A DNA stretch of 60,344 nucleotides, filler included, from Squatina squatina (taxonomy: Eukaryota): assembly GCA_031763465.1 (NCBI GenBank). It is 4 parts of 3 records of this genome, joined end to end, with 100 filler letters (N's around TTAATTAATTAA, not from the genome) between each part and the next. Parts side by side here need not be neighbours in the genome. Positions count along the whole stretch, not along the records: positions 12,972 to 29,314 come from JARFOE010000016.1; 3 more parts are not named here. One strand, given 5' to 3'. Positions within the stretch are counted from its first letter, which is position 1. The number at the start of each line of letters is the position of its first letter. Of this stretch, positions 13,266 through 23,712 are shown in pieces. The notes under the pieces were generated by a model. That model ran no database searches. It was not told where the DNA came from and saw nothing but the letters and a program-made list of their open reading frames with translations. The position numbers and the translations under genes were made by a program.

Positions 13266-13558
13266 CTGCAGGGAAAGGTGTGGAGGTCAGCATGGTAGAA
13301 GGTCCCCTCAGCTTCCCCCATAGTCCAGCATTGATACACATTGGGAGTTAGGCTGACCTCACATTCGGCCTTCACTCAGTAGTCCCCTAACGTGCTGCAA
13401 TTCCAATCTTGTAGTCACGCAGGTTCCATCCAAAGTGCTACAAGGCTCTTCACTGTATACAGACAGCAACAGTGTGGCTTCCGCACATTGCTCTCAGACC
13501 CCGTTAAGTCCCAGTTCTTTATGCCAACCCCATTCATTGCCTCTGCCGCATCACTTAC

Positions 13559-13706
13559 CATTCAGATTCTCGTGCACATTCTTCATTTCAGATCGAGCAT
13601 GCAGGAAGACCTCTTCAATGGCCTGGTTCTTCTCATCTTCCATTGACTGAAGCTCCTCAAGCATCTCCCCGCGTGTCCGCTCAAGTTCTGCATCGTACAT
13701 CATGAC
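13559..13706 (-). CDS. KIFC3: KIFC3, preceding coiled-coil exon
   Basis: ctgcag|...|gtaagt, 148 nt. Encodes VMMYDAELERTRGEMLEELQSMEDEKNQAIEEVFLHARSEMKNVHENLN. Its phase-1 end fits exon 13135-13265. Confidence 0.92.
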
Positions 13707-14068
13707 CTGCAGTTTAGAGTAAGTGTCATTGCCAGGCAGCGGGCCGAGAACCTTCTTCACAATGCAAAAGTGCAGAGGGGGCATGGAACCAGCTAGTGGA
13801 TTCCAAGTGAATACACTCAGTATAAATGGAGTTAGCATTCACCCTACTAGAGAGATTAACAAAGTAAATAACTTTGCTGTGGTTCGAGACTAGCCACATC
13901 AGTGCCTGAAGTATGTATAGTGAGCCAGTTACTGGAGTTTCATTATTAGTCAAAGGGAACAGAAGGTGNNNNNNNNNNNNNNNNNNNNNNNNNNNNNNNN
14001 NNNNNNNNNNNNNNNNNNNNNNNNNNNNNNNNNNNNNNNNNNNNNNNNNNNNNNNNNNNNNNNNNNNN

Positions 14069-14736
14069 GCACAGGGCAAATACAAGGGCAAAACACAGAG
14101 CAAATACAAGGGTAAAACATGGACACAGGGCAAATACAATGGCAAAACACAGGGCACAGGGCAAATACAAGGGCAAAACACAGGGCAAATACAAGGGTGA
14201 AACATGGACACAGGGCAAATTCAATGGCAAAACACAGGGCACAGGGCAAATACAAGGGTAAAACATGGGCACAGGGCAAATACAAGGGCAAAACACAGGG
14301 CACAGGGCAAATACAAGGGTAAAACACAGGGCACAGGGCAAATACAAGGGTAAAACACAGGGCACAGGGCAAATACAAGGGTAAAACATGGGCACACGGC
14401 AAATACAAGGGCTAATCACTGGGCACAGGGCAAACACAAGGGTAAAACACAGGGCACAGGGCAAATACAAGGGTAAAACATGAGCATAGGGCAAATACAA
14501 GGGTAGAGCACGGGGCATAGGGCAAATACAAGGGTAAAACATGGGCGCAGGGCAAGTACAAGGTTAAAACACAGGGCACAGGGCAAATACTAGGGTAAAA
14601 CACAGGGCACAGGGCAAATACAAGGGCAAAACACAGGGCACAGGGCAAATACAATGGCAAAACACAGGGCACAGGGCAAATACAAGGGCAAAACACAGGG
14701 CAAATACAATGGCAAAACACAGGGCACAGGGCAAAT
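14069..14736. repeat. Minisatellite with mixed 24/30/31-bp units
   Basis: More than 20 copies of ACAGGGCAAATACAAGGG(C/T)AAAAC followed by ACAGGGC, ATGGGC or nothing. Gaps on both sides. Confidence 0.95.
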
Positions 14737-15272
14737 NNNNNNNNNNNNNNNNNNNNNNNNNNNNNNNNNNNNNNNNNNNNNNNNNNNNNNNNNNNNNNNN
14801 NNNNNNNNNNNNNNNNNNNNNNNNNNNNNNNNNNNNACCTTTAAAACACAACGGGGTGAATTTTCAATTTCACGTCCAGGTGGAAAACAGGTAGTAACGG
14901 CCCAACCAATCGTATTACGCCCTGTCCGACAAGCCACTAGTAACGAATATCAGGTGGGGTGTAAAACTACAGCCCGTTGTCTGCCTGACAAAGTGAAAAT
15001 GCACCCCTATAAATCTCAATAAAATCCACTGGTTTTGGAATGAATGGATTGATCATGAGGCTGGAATCTACGTTTCTGAGTTGCTTCTGGCCATTGCTAC
15101 CTGAAAGGAAGACAAATTGCTATTTGTTGAAGTGTGATGCAGAACCAAGAACGACAGTAGACTGGGCCAACGCTGCTGATGAAAGGAGCTAAGAGCTGCT
15201 AATGGCAGAGAGGGCGGACTGTATCAACAAATTTAATTACTTGCTGAGGAAGAAATTTGAATGATTACTCAC

Positions 15273-15481
15273 TATAATGTCTCCTCCTTGTACGAACTGG
15301 AGACGGGACTGGAAAACAGCCATGTCCAGCACGTAAATCAGATCGCAGAAATAATCCATCAACAGCCACAGGGGGATGTTATCGGGTGTTTGATAGGGAA
15401 AGGTACAGCGCACAGGGATTAACCAAACGTTCCAATTCCAAGCTAACACCACAATGGATAACCACAGCACATACAATGGAT
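15273..15481 (-). CDS. CNGB1: CNGB1 (cyclic nucleotide-gated channel beta 1), S1-S2 exon
   Basis: ataatag|...|gtgagt, 209 nt. Encodes (D)[69 protein letters not shown]. Adjacency to KIFC3 on the same strand favours CNGB1 over CNGB3. Confidence 0.92.
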
Positions 15482-16312
15482 CTATTATAGGAGACAACAA
15501 TAACCGCGTTACATATAGACTCAATACTGGAAATTACAGTGTAACTAGCAGCGAAATCCAATCATAACTGATTACTTGATAATACAATGTAACAGAGTAG
15601 CCTCAGTCACTGTGCTCAGTTATCCAAATAAACCAATAAAGACTGTCATTTTCTGACAAGTTGGATTTTAACTTACCAGCAGCGTTAACATAAGTCATCC
15701 AATCACAGCACCTTAGCAGTAGGCAGTGTAACGACCACAGGAAGGAGGACTCTTTACTACAATTAGCATTTGTNNNNNNNNNNNNNNNNNNNNNNNNNNN
15801 NNNNNNNNNNNNNNNNNNNNNNNNNNNNNNNNNNNNNNNNNNNNNNNNNNNNNNNNNNNNNNNNNNNNNNNNNAGACGTATAGTTGGAGTTAAGATCCAG
15901 CTCGGCCATGATCTAACTGAACGGTGGACCACACTTGAGGGGTTGCATGGCCTACTCCGATTCCTATGTTCCGATTTGGATCTGCTTTTATAAATCTTGT
16001 CCCGTGTATGTGAAATACTTTAATCGCTGAAGAAAAATCAGAGGTGGACGCTGAGCTGTTGTGTGAACAAGTGGTTTCAGGCCTCGGGGAAATCTAAGCA
16101 GGTTAGTCAGGGGTCACTGGCTGGATACAGAAAGTCCGAAGATTGTTTTGTGAAAGCATCTAAGACATTGACCATATCCGCGGACCGCAGACGAGACTGA
16201 AGTTATACACACACTGGACTCAAGCTGGACAATTACATACACACGGAACCAAACAAGCTACTACGCAAAATACACTACATAAATCAACAAAAATACGGCA
16301 GATTATGTTCAC

Positions 16313-16538
16313 CTATACGACGTAACGGAGACCATTCCTCGGTTAAGAAGTTGGGGTTTATGACCCCAGATGTTTGCTTCCTAGGGCTAAGTGGAGGCAG
16401 CTGAGAGGTGGAAGGGCGGTAGCTGGGCACATTAGGTAAATCTACAGCATACTGGGAATTAGGGGTGGAGCTTCTGGGGGTCAGTGGCACATCACGAACG
16501 AGGTGGACTAACTCTACATCTTTACTTCGTTTAGGCAT
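16313..16538 (-). CDS. Candidate alternative first coding exon of CNGB1 (CNGB1b-like N-terminus)
   Basis: Acceptor tttttagttacag near 16608, then GCCATCATG start, 75 open codons (MPKRSKDVELVHLV...SGVINPNFLTEEWSPLRRI) and a phase-1 donor G|gtgaac. Same strand as, and upstream of, the channel exon. Confidence 0.5.
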
Positions 16539-16744
16539 GATGGCAGTTACTAGGCACATCTAGGAATGTGATTCGAGCAGTAAGGAGACCGGCTCAGCAC
16601 TGAGCATCTGTAACTAAAAAGCAAAAGCAGGTTTAAGTCTAGAGTTCAAGGAGACTAAAGAGTGCATCCTAGACTGTACAATGCAGCATACAACTTAATA
16701 TAGACTGTACCACAATATACAATTCCCACAGACTGTTACACATG

Positions 16745-16876
16745 TACGCACCCCATCTCAGCCTGTACCGCACACCCCACCACAGCCTGTACCGCACACC
16801 CCACCACAGCCTGTACCGCACACCCCACCTCAGCCTGTACCCCACACCGCATCACAGCCTGTACCGACGCCCCATC
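16745..16876. repeat. 24-bp minisatellite running into a gap
   Basis: About 5 copies of CAGCCTGTACCGCACACCCCACC(A/T). Confidence 0.9.
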
Positions 16877-18436
16877 NNNNNNNNNNNNNNNNNNNNNNNN
16901 NNNNNNNNNNNNNNNNNNNNNNNNNNNNNNNNNNNNNNNNNNNNNNNNNNNNNNNNNNNNNNNNNNNNNNNNNNNNNNNNNNNNNNNNNNNNNNNNNNNN
17001 NNNNNNNNNNNNNNNNNNNNNNNNNNNNNNNNNNNNNNNNNNNNNNNNNNNNNNNNNNNNNNNNNNNNNNNNNNNNNNNNNNNNNNNNNNNNNNNNNNNN
17101 NNNNNNNNNNNNNNNNNNNNNNNNNNNNNNNNNNNNNNNNNNNNNNNNNNNNNNNNNNNNNNNNNNNNNNNNNNNNNNNNNNNNNNNNNNNNNNNNNNNN
17201 NNNNNNNNNNNNNNNNNNNNNNNNNNNNNNNNNNNNNNNNNNNNNNNNNNNNNNNNNNNNNNNNNNNNNNNNNNNNNNNNNNNNNNNNNNNNNNNNNNNN
17301 NNNNNNNNNNNNNNNNNNNNNNNNNNNNNNNNNNNNNNNNNNNNNNNNNNNNNNNNNNNNNNNNNNNNNNNNNNNNNNNNNNNNNNNNNNNNNNNNNNNN
17401 NNNNNNNNNNNNNNNNNNNNNNNNNNNNNNNNNNNNNNNNNNNNNNNNNNNNNNNNNNNNNNNNNNNNNNNNNNNNNNNNNNNNNNNNNNNNNNNNNNNN
17501 NNNNNNNNNNNNNNNNNNNNNNNNNNNNNNNNNNNNNNNNNNNNNNNNNNNNNNNNNNNNNNNNNNNNNNNNNNNNNNNNNNNNNNNNNNNNNNNNNNNN
17601 NNNNNNNNNNNNNNNNNNNNNNNNNNNNNNNNNNNNNNNNNNNNNNNNNNNNNNNNNNNNNNNNNNNNNNNNNNNNNNNNNNNNNNNNNNNNNNNNNNNN
17701 NNNNNNNNNNNNNNNNNNNNNNNNNNNNNNNNNNNNNNNNNNNNNNNNNNNNNNNNNNNNNNNNNNNNNNNNNNNNNNNNNNNNNNNNNNNNNNNNNNNN
17801 NNNNNNNNNNNNNNNNNNNNNNNNNNNNNNNNNNNNNNNNNNNNNNNNNNNNNNNNNNNNNGAACCATTTCATTAGTGTACTGTAGTCAGTTTGTTAGTA
17901 AATTCAATATTTTTAATATTTAAACACTTTTAAAAGGTGCCTTGAGCCTAAAAATAAAATGCTTAATTTTAAGAGCCTCCTCGAAGGACCACAAACGGGT
18001 GTAACTAGCGGAACCCGCCATGGAGATTTATTCGATCTGAGGTGTGGCCAATTTTGTGGTCGGGGCTGGCGTCTCGCAACGTGTTTTTTTAAGCCAGTGC
18101 AAAAGATTGTGGAAACTCAATTTACACTGGACTTAACTTGCACTTGAAATTCCTCGATTTTTTGCACTGGTTTAGCCGATTTCAGGAAAAAACCAGCACA
18201 ACCATGTGGAAACGCTCTCCCCAAGTCTCTTGAACTGACTTTACAGACTTTTCTTCTGAACTGGGAAGATCGACACAAAATAAATGAGACATATATCAAA
18301 CTGGAAAATGAAATAAAGACAGAGAATATGGAAAATGCATAGAGTTTGGCTGTAGGGTTACACCCAAAACATTAATTGACTTTTCTCTTTCAGATGTTGA
18401 TTGACCTGCTATGCACTTTCAGTATTTCCAGTTTCT

Positions 18437-18947
18437 AATTCAAAATTCTTCAATCTCTTAATTTCTTTTTAGAGCAAGTTCAGTGAAGCTACACCCCATA
18501 AGCAGAGCCTCATCAGACAGGAGTGTGGGTTGGAAATTTGGGGCTGCAGTGTTACAGCCCTATCTCTAACTGGTGCCCACATCAGTGATAGGAGCAGAGA
18601 CACAGTGAATTTTGTCTTCTATCTCTAATATTATATGGTGTCCAGTTTGAATATCAGTTCTAAACATCAAGGTGAGGGGAAGATTTATTCTGTGCATCAG
18701 CTGCAGCAAAATTATAAGTCCATTTATAAAAAACACAACCCACATCATTCAGAGGAAATCTTCCCTGAGAGTGTCCAAAGGCACAAGTAGCCATGACACA
18801 GTTCACGATGTCTCTGTTCTTGTGGCTGATGCAGACACCAGTCAGAGATAGGGCCAAAATACTACAGCCCCAAATCTCCAACCCACACTCCTGTAGCTTC
18901 CCTGAACTTGCTCTACAAAGAAATTAAGAGATTGGAAAATCTGAATT
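18437..18947. repeat. Long imperfect inverted repeat (arms about 18437-18617 and 18795-18947)
   Basis: CAATCTCTTAATTTCTTT.TAGAGCAAGTTCAG.GAAGCTACA...GGAGTGTGGGTTGGA.ATTTGGGGCTG...GCCCTATCTCT.ACTGGTG occurs once on each strand, with a spacer of about 175 bp. Confidence 0.9.
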
Positions 18948-19004
18948 CAGTAATAACCCCACTGACCCTCTCCCACTAAGTACAGATGTACTTTGAGCAC
19001 TTAC

Positions 19005-19044
19005 CTTCTTGTTCCAACTCAGTCTTCAGAATCTCCTCCTCCTC
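19005..19044 (-). CDS. Candidate small Glu-rich exon, probably the CNGB1 GARP region
   Basis: tttcttactttttaaatcag|GAG GAG GAG GAG ATT CTG AAG ACT GAG TTG GAA CAA GAA G|gtaagt. Only one frame is open (EEEEILKTELEQE) and both splice sites are strong. Confidence 0.55.
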
Positions 19045-19509
19045 CTGATTTAAAAAGTAAGAAATGAGAAACAATCATCATGAATGATTAATTATTTGGG
19101 TGATTAAAGGTACACTAGCTTCACAAAAAAAGTATATGTCAAATTTCTTTTGTTTGTTTGATCTGGAATGATATATGCATTTTTGAGCACTCTCTCTGGT
19201 TTGTGTGTGTCTTGTGTTGGTCCAGCAAGCAGATCCGTCACTCCACCAACTTTGTGCTCATTTTGGGTGCAATTTGAATGTTTGGGGCATTATGTGGTGC
19301 TTGGTATAATTCTCCTGCCCTTACAAAAGAGAATATCCTCCGATTTACTGTAAGATACACAGGAGATCTGTTAGTAAATCTAACAACGTGATTTGCCAAA
19401 CACATATTTNNNNNNNNNNNNNNNNNNNNNNNNNNNNNNNNNNNNNNNNNNNNNNNNNNNNNNNNNNNNNNNNNNNNNNNNNNNNNNNNNNNNNNNNNNN
19501 NNNNNNNNN

Positions 19510-19690
19510 ATTTATATCCTTGTACTGAGAGTATACTGAGGGATACGGGGTAATCATATCCTAGAAACTAAGAGTATACTGAGGGATATGGGGTAATCAT
19601 ATGCTATGTACTGAGAGTATACTGAGGGCTGCGGAGTTATTATATCCCCTGTACTGAGAGTATATTGAGGAATATGGGGTAATTACACAG
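19510..19690. repeat. Minisatellite, ~41-bp unit, about 4 copies
   Basis: Recurring ACTGAGAGTATACTGAGGGATA(C/T)GGGGTAATCATAT. Confidence 0.85.
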
Positions 19691-20529
19691 CTTCTCCTTC
19701 ACCCCACTGTAATGAAGTGTTATTAAAATAAGTAAAGAGGTACACACCCTCTCCCCTGTACTGACCAGCTGAAAACAGTTTGTCTGGTAAACCTGCTGGT
19801 AATGAGGGGTAGGATCCGACACTGAGAAAATATTGAGTAACTGAGATGTCAGATAAGGATAGAATAAGTTGCCAAAACTCAGATTCAAGATTCATATGAA
19901 GAATGAACATGTGGGTGAGGAAATGGCTGCCAGCTGTGGATCTGTTTCCCAGTGGGAGTCAGCATTTTCAGCACCGTGAACAGGAAGAAAATTGAAAAAA
20001 AAGCAATATTTGCCCAGGAGGACGTATAAGCCCCACTCCCCCCACCCCGCTTTGTTTTACCATCAAACCACCTGTTTGAGCAATGGACAGACTTCACCCA
20101 AAAGCTAGCAGCTTCCGACTGCTTGGTCCCGAGTTTACCACAGATGGAGCTGTTTAAGAGTCTGGAACAACCTCGGGGCATTGATGAATAAATAGAGACT
20201 ACGACACGTGACCTGGGATTGGCTGAAGGTTGTTTTTTATTTTCCACAATCTGTTGATTCTTACATCTTAATCTTTCAGTGACTATCATTGGACAAAACT
20301 GATGGTTAAGACTAAACTGTAAGCTTATTTTGTTCATATTTTATAATCTCCCGTAAATTATTTTGTACGTTCAATGCAGTGTAACTTGTTTTATGACGTC
20401 TAATATAAATTTTTGCTTCGCAACTGTGTTGTATGGTGATATAGAATATTAATAATCTCCAGAAAGTTACTTGGAAAAATCGTAGGTTATATTTCATTGA
20501 AATATATTTGTTGAATAATTTCTACTCTG

Positions 20530-21210
20530 AGACAGGGACACCTCAGACTGAGGGAATCACACTGTCTGATAAACGCCTCTCAGAATGAGAGAGTCACACT
20601 GTCTGATAGACGCCTCTCAGACTGAGAGCCACACTGTCTGATAGACGAATCTCAAACTGAGGGAGTCACACTGTCTGATAGAAGCCTCTCAGACTGAGAG
20701 TCACACTGTCTGATAGACGTCTCTCAGACTGAGAGGGTCACACTGTCTGATAGACGCATCTCAGACTGAGAGAGTTACACTGTCTGATAAACGCCTCTCA
20801 GAATGAGAGAGTCACATTGTCTGATAGACGCCTCTCAGACTGAGAGAGTCCCACTGTCTGATAGACGCCTCTCAGACTGAGAGAGTTACACTGTCTGATA
20901 GACGCCTCTCAGACTGAGAGTCACACTGTCCAATAGATGCCTCTCAGACTGAGAGAGTCACACTGTCTGATAGACGCCTCTCAGACTGAGAGAGTCACAC
21001 TGTCTGATAGACGCCTCTCAGACTGAGAGAGTCACACTGCCTGATAGACGCCTTTCAGACTGAGGGAGTCACACTGTCCAATAGAAGCCTCTCAGACTGA
21101 GAGTCACACTGTCTGATAGAAGCCTCTCAGACTGAGAGAGTCACACTGTCTGATAGACGCCTCTCAGACTGAGAGTCACACTGTCTGATAGTCGCCTCTC
21201 AGACTAAGGG
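20530..21210. repeat. 37/35-bp minisatellite, about 18 copies, with a degenerate tail to ~21620
   Basis: Unit CACACTGTCTGATAGACGCCTCTCAGACTGAGAGAGT. Confidence 0.95.
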
Positions 21211-23529
21211 AGAAAGCGTCACTTTCAAACAGACAGATAGCTCTCAGACACCTCTCAGAGTGACAAAGTCCCACTGTGAGATAGATGCCTCTCTGATTAT
21301 CGGACAGACAATTCTCAGACATAGGAATTCTCAGGCATACTGTAAGAAAGACAAAGCCTCAGACTGAGGAACGAAGCCCTATTGTTAAACAAATACCTCT
21401 TAAACTGAGTAAGCCATACTGTTAGACAGACATCTCTCAGAGTGAGGTGGCTACAGGTTAGTTGATGTCTCTTAGTGTGAGGTAGTCACACCGTGGGCGA
21501 TCCACCTTCAGAGAGGGACCTCAGACAGCGGGAGGACGTTGCACTGGCAAACAGATGCCTCTTACATGGAGGGAGGGAGGGCAATGCACAATTACACAGA
21601 AACCTCTCAGAGTGAAGGAGTGTAGATGTAGAAGACACATGTTACGGTTCAATAGCTGGCCCCATCAAGGAGACCTACAGATTTCACAATCACTTAGGTA
21701 AATTGGGTTATTTACACCTGGGTTTTGATTACTTTTTCATTAAAACTCAGCTAAATGTTTACAGAAATTGATGTGTAGCAGAAGCAGCCTAAGGAACCGA
21801 GTCAGTGCACACTTGGAGACTAGGAGCTGTTGCTGAAGGTCTGCCCTCCACTGGTCTGTGTTACTCCTGCGAGTGCCCTCAGTGAGCCACAGAGTGAGTA
21901 GCTGCCCTACAGGGAGCAGCTCATTCTCAGATGAATCTGTGTTTCGTGTCCCCAGTGATAGAGTCGGAGTAATTACAGGCAGGACTCGCTCTCTATACAC
22001 TGACATCTTTCCAAAGTCTTCATTTTCCATTTGTTTCAGAGACCGGAACCAGCTTCCCTCCTGAAACAAAGGAGAAGATGATATGGATTAGGGAAAACAA
22101 TGGTATGCGGCTACTGGTGCCCATCTGTGCCCCACACTTCAACTCCCTGCCTCCAAGCTGCTCCTTAATGACTCTCTGCTCCTGCCAACCAAATATTAAT
22201 ATTAATGGATACAATTATGAGTAGATTATTTAACATTGGATAGAATTGGAAAGATGTCAATGTGAGGTAACTACAATTATTCAAGTTTGCCTTCAAGTTC
22301 CGAAGCTAGTGCTCTCAGGTAAAGGGTAGCACAAGCTGGATACAGAGTAAAGGTTTTCTACAGTGTCCCCTCAAAGACGTCCNNNNNNNNNNNNNNNNNN
22401 NNNNNNNNNNNNNNNNNNNNNNNNNNNNNNNNNNNNNNNNNNNNNNNNNNNNNNNNNNNNNNNNNNNNNNNNNNNNNNNNNNGAGTTGTAATACAGCAGC
22501 ATTATACAGTGAATAACACTGTAAAATAAACCGCACAAACTGTACAGCAATAAATCATACAGGTAGCAATTAACACGAATCGAACCTTACTGGTTTGAGC
22601 AGATTCTTGACTAAGATTTGTGTCATTGTTTTTACGTGATGCAACTGAATATAATAATCTTTCAGAAAACCTAATTTAAAACAGTGTTTAGTGGGTCACT
22701 AATGTAGCACTCTCTACTGATTATCTGCTTTAAGACTATAACACGTGGCCATTTATGGCTTTGGGATGTGCTACAGTCTCTCCATGAGCCACTCAGTGTA
22801 AAGCAAGGCAGCATGACTGAGTTATTGAAAGTATTAACATTGTTTATTGCCTTTATGTTGGGTATAATTTGGAGAATACAGTAACCTGCAGCTCGTTTAC
22901 TTCTCATCAACTGCTACGTAAAGCACGGACAAATCCTTATCCAATTAAAAAAAATACAAGATGTACGTAAAGGCCAGATTTCAAAGTGCAGCTATAGTTG
23001 ACAGTTTTACTGTGAGCTTGTTGTTTCTTTCCCCCACAAGATTACAAGATGGAGTGTGTGCCTACAAGCATCAAAATCTAAACAAGCCAAGATTTACCTG
23101 TGGCGTTGGAGAGGTTAGTGAGTGGGATCCATTCCTGAAAGTCCTAGCTCGATGTGCATAAGCTTGTGCGTGTGTGAATTGCTGCCCTCAAGCACTCTGG
23201 GACCCAAGTGGAGATTAAGCAACCACCCTGCAAGGAAAAGATTAAGGCCCTGAAGGACGTTTCTCCACAGTAAAGTCACTGAGAGAGATGCGAGAGAGGA
23301 AGAGGGAGAAAAAGAAAGTGGTGGAAAGAAAAATAACGTGAGTGTGAGGGAAGGAGAAAAGGAACAGAACATGAAGAGAAGCAGATCCTGATAGAAAGAA
23401 TGAGTGAGAGAAAGTCAAAAGAGAAAGTTAGAAACTGAGGAACAAGATTTGGTGAGAAAGGGAATACTCATCTACATGCTACTACAAAAGGCACAGCCTC
23501 ACCCTGCCTGGTTACATAGAGGGTTGGAT

Positions 23530-23712
23530 CATAGCATATTGCAGCACAGGAGGCCATTCTGCCCATTGTCCCTGTGCCGGCTCTGAGCAAGAGCTATCCA
23601 ATTAGTCCCACTTCCCTGCTCTTTCCCCATAGCCCTGCAGACTTTTCCTTTTCAAGCATATATCCAATTCTCTTGGAAAGATACTATTGAATCTGCTTCC
23701 ACCCGCCTTTCA
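23530..23712 (-). mobile_element. CR1-type LINE 3' end
   Basis: Colinear with 49245-49420 (GCACAGGAGG...GTGCCGGCTCT...CCCTGCTCTTTCC.CATAGCCCTG...TCCAATTCTCTT). Confidence 0.7.

Noticed and set aside
13726-14937. Overlapping Cys/Pro-rich ORFs (CALCFTLVFALCP...)
   Set aside because: They are translations of a minisatellite in several frames, with no splice or homology support.
15068-15100. Strong acceptor just after the CNGB1 S1-S2 exon (VAMARSNSET*)
   Set aside because: It does not match the next expected CNGB1 exon (TDKK...RFK) and stops at once. A truncating alternative exon cannot be supported without reads.
16742-17923. Longest ORFs in the track (also 25482-26538, 51028-51997, 59705-60343)
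   Set aside because: They are open only because they run through N gaps.
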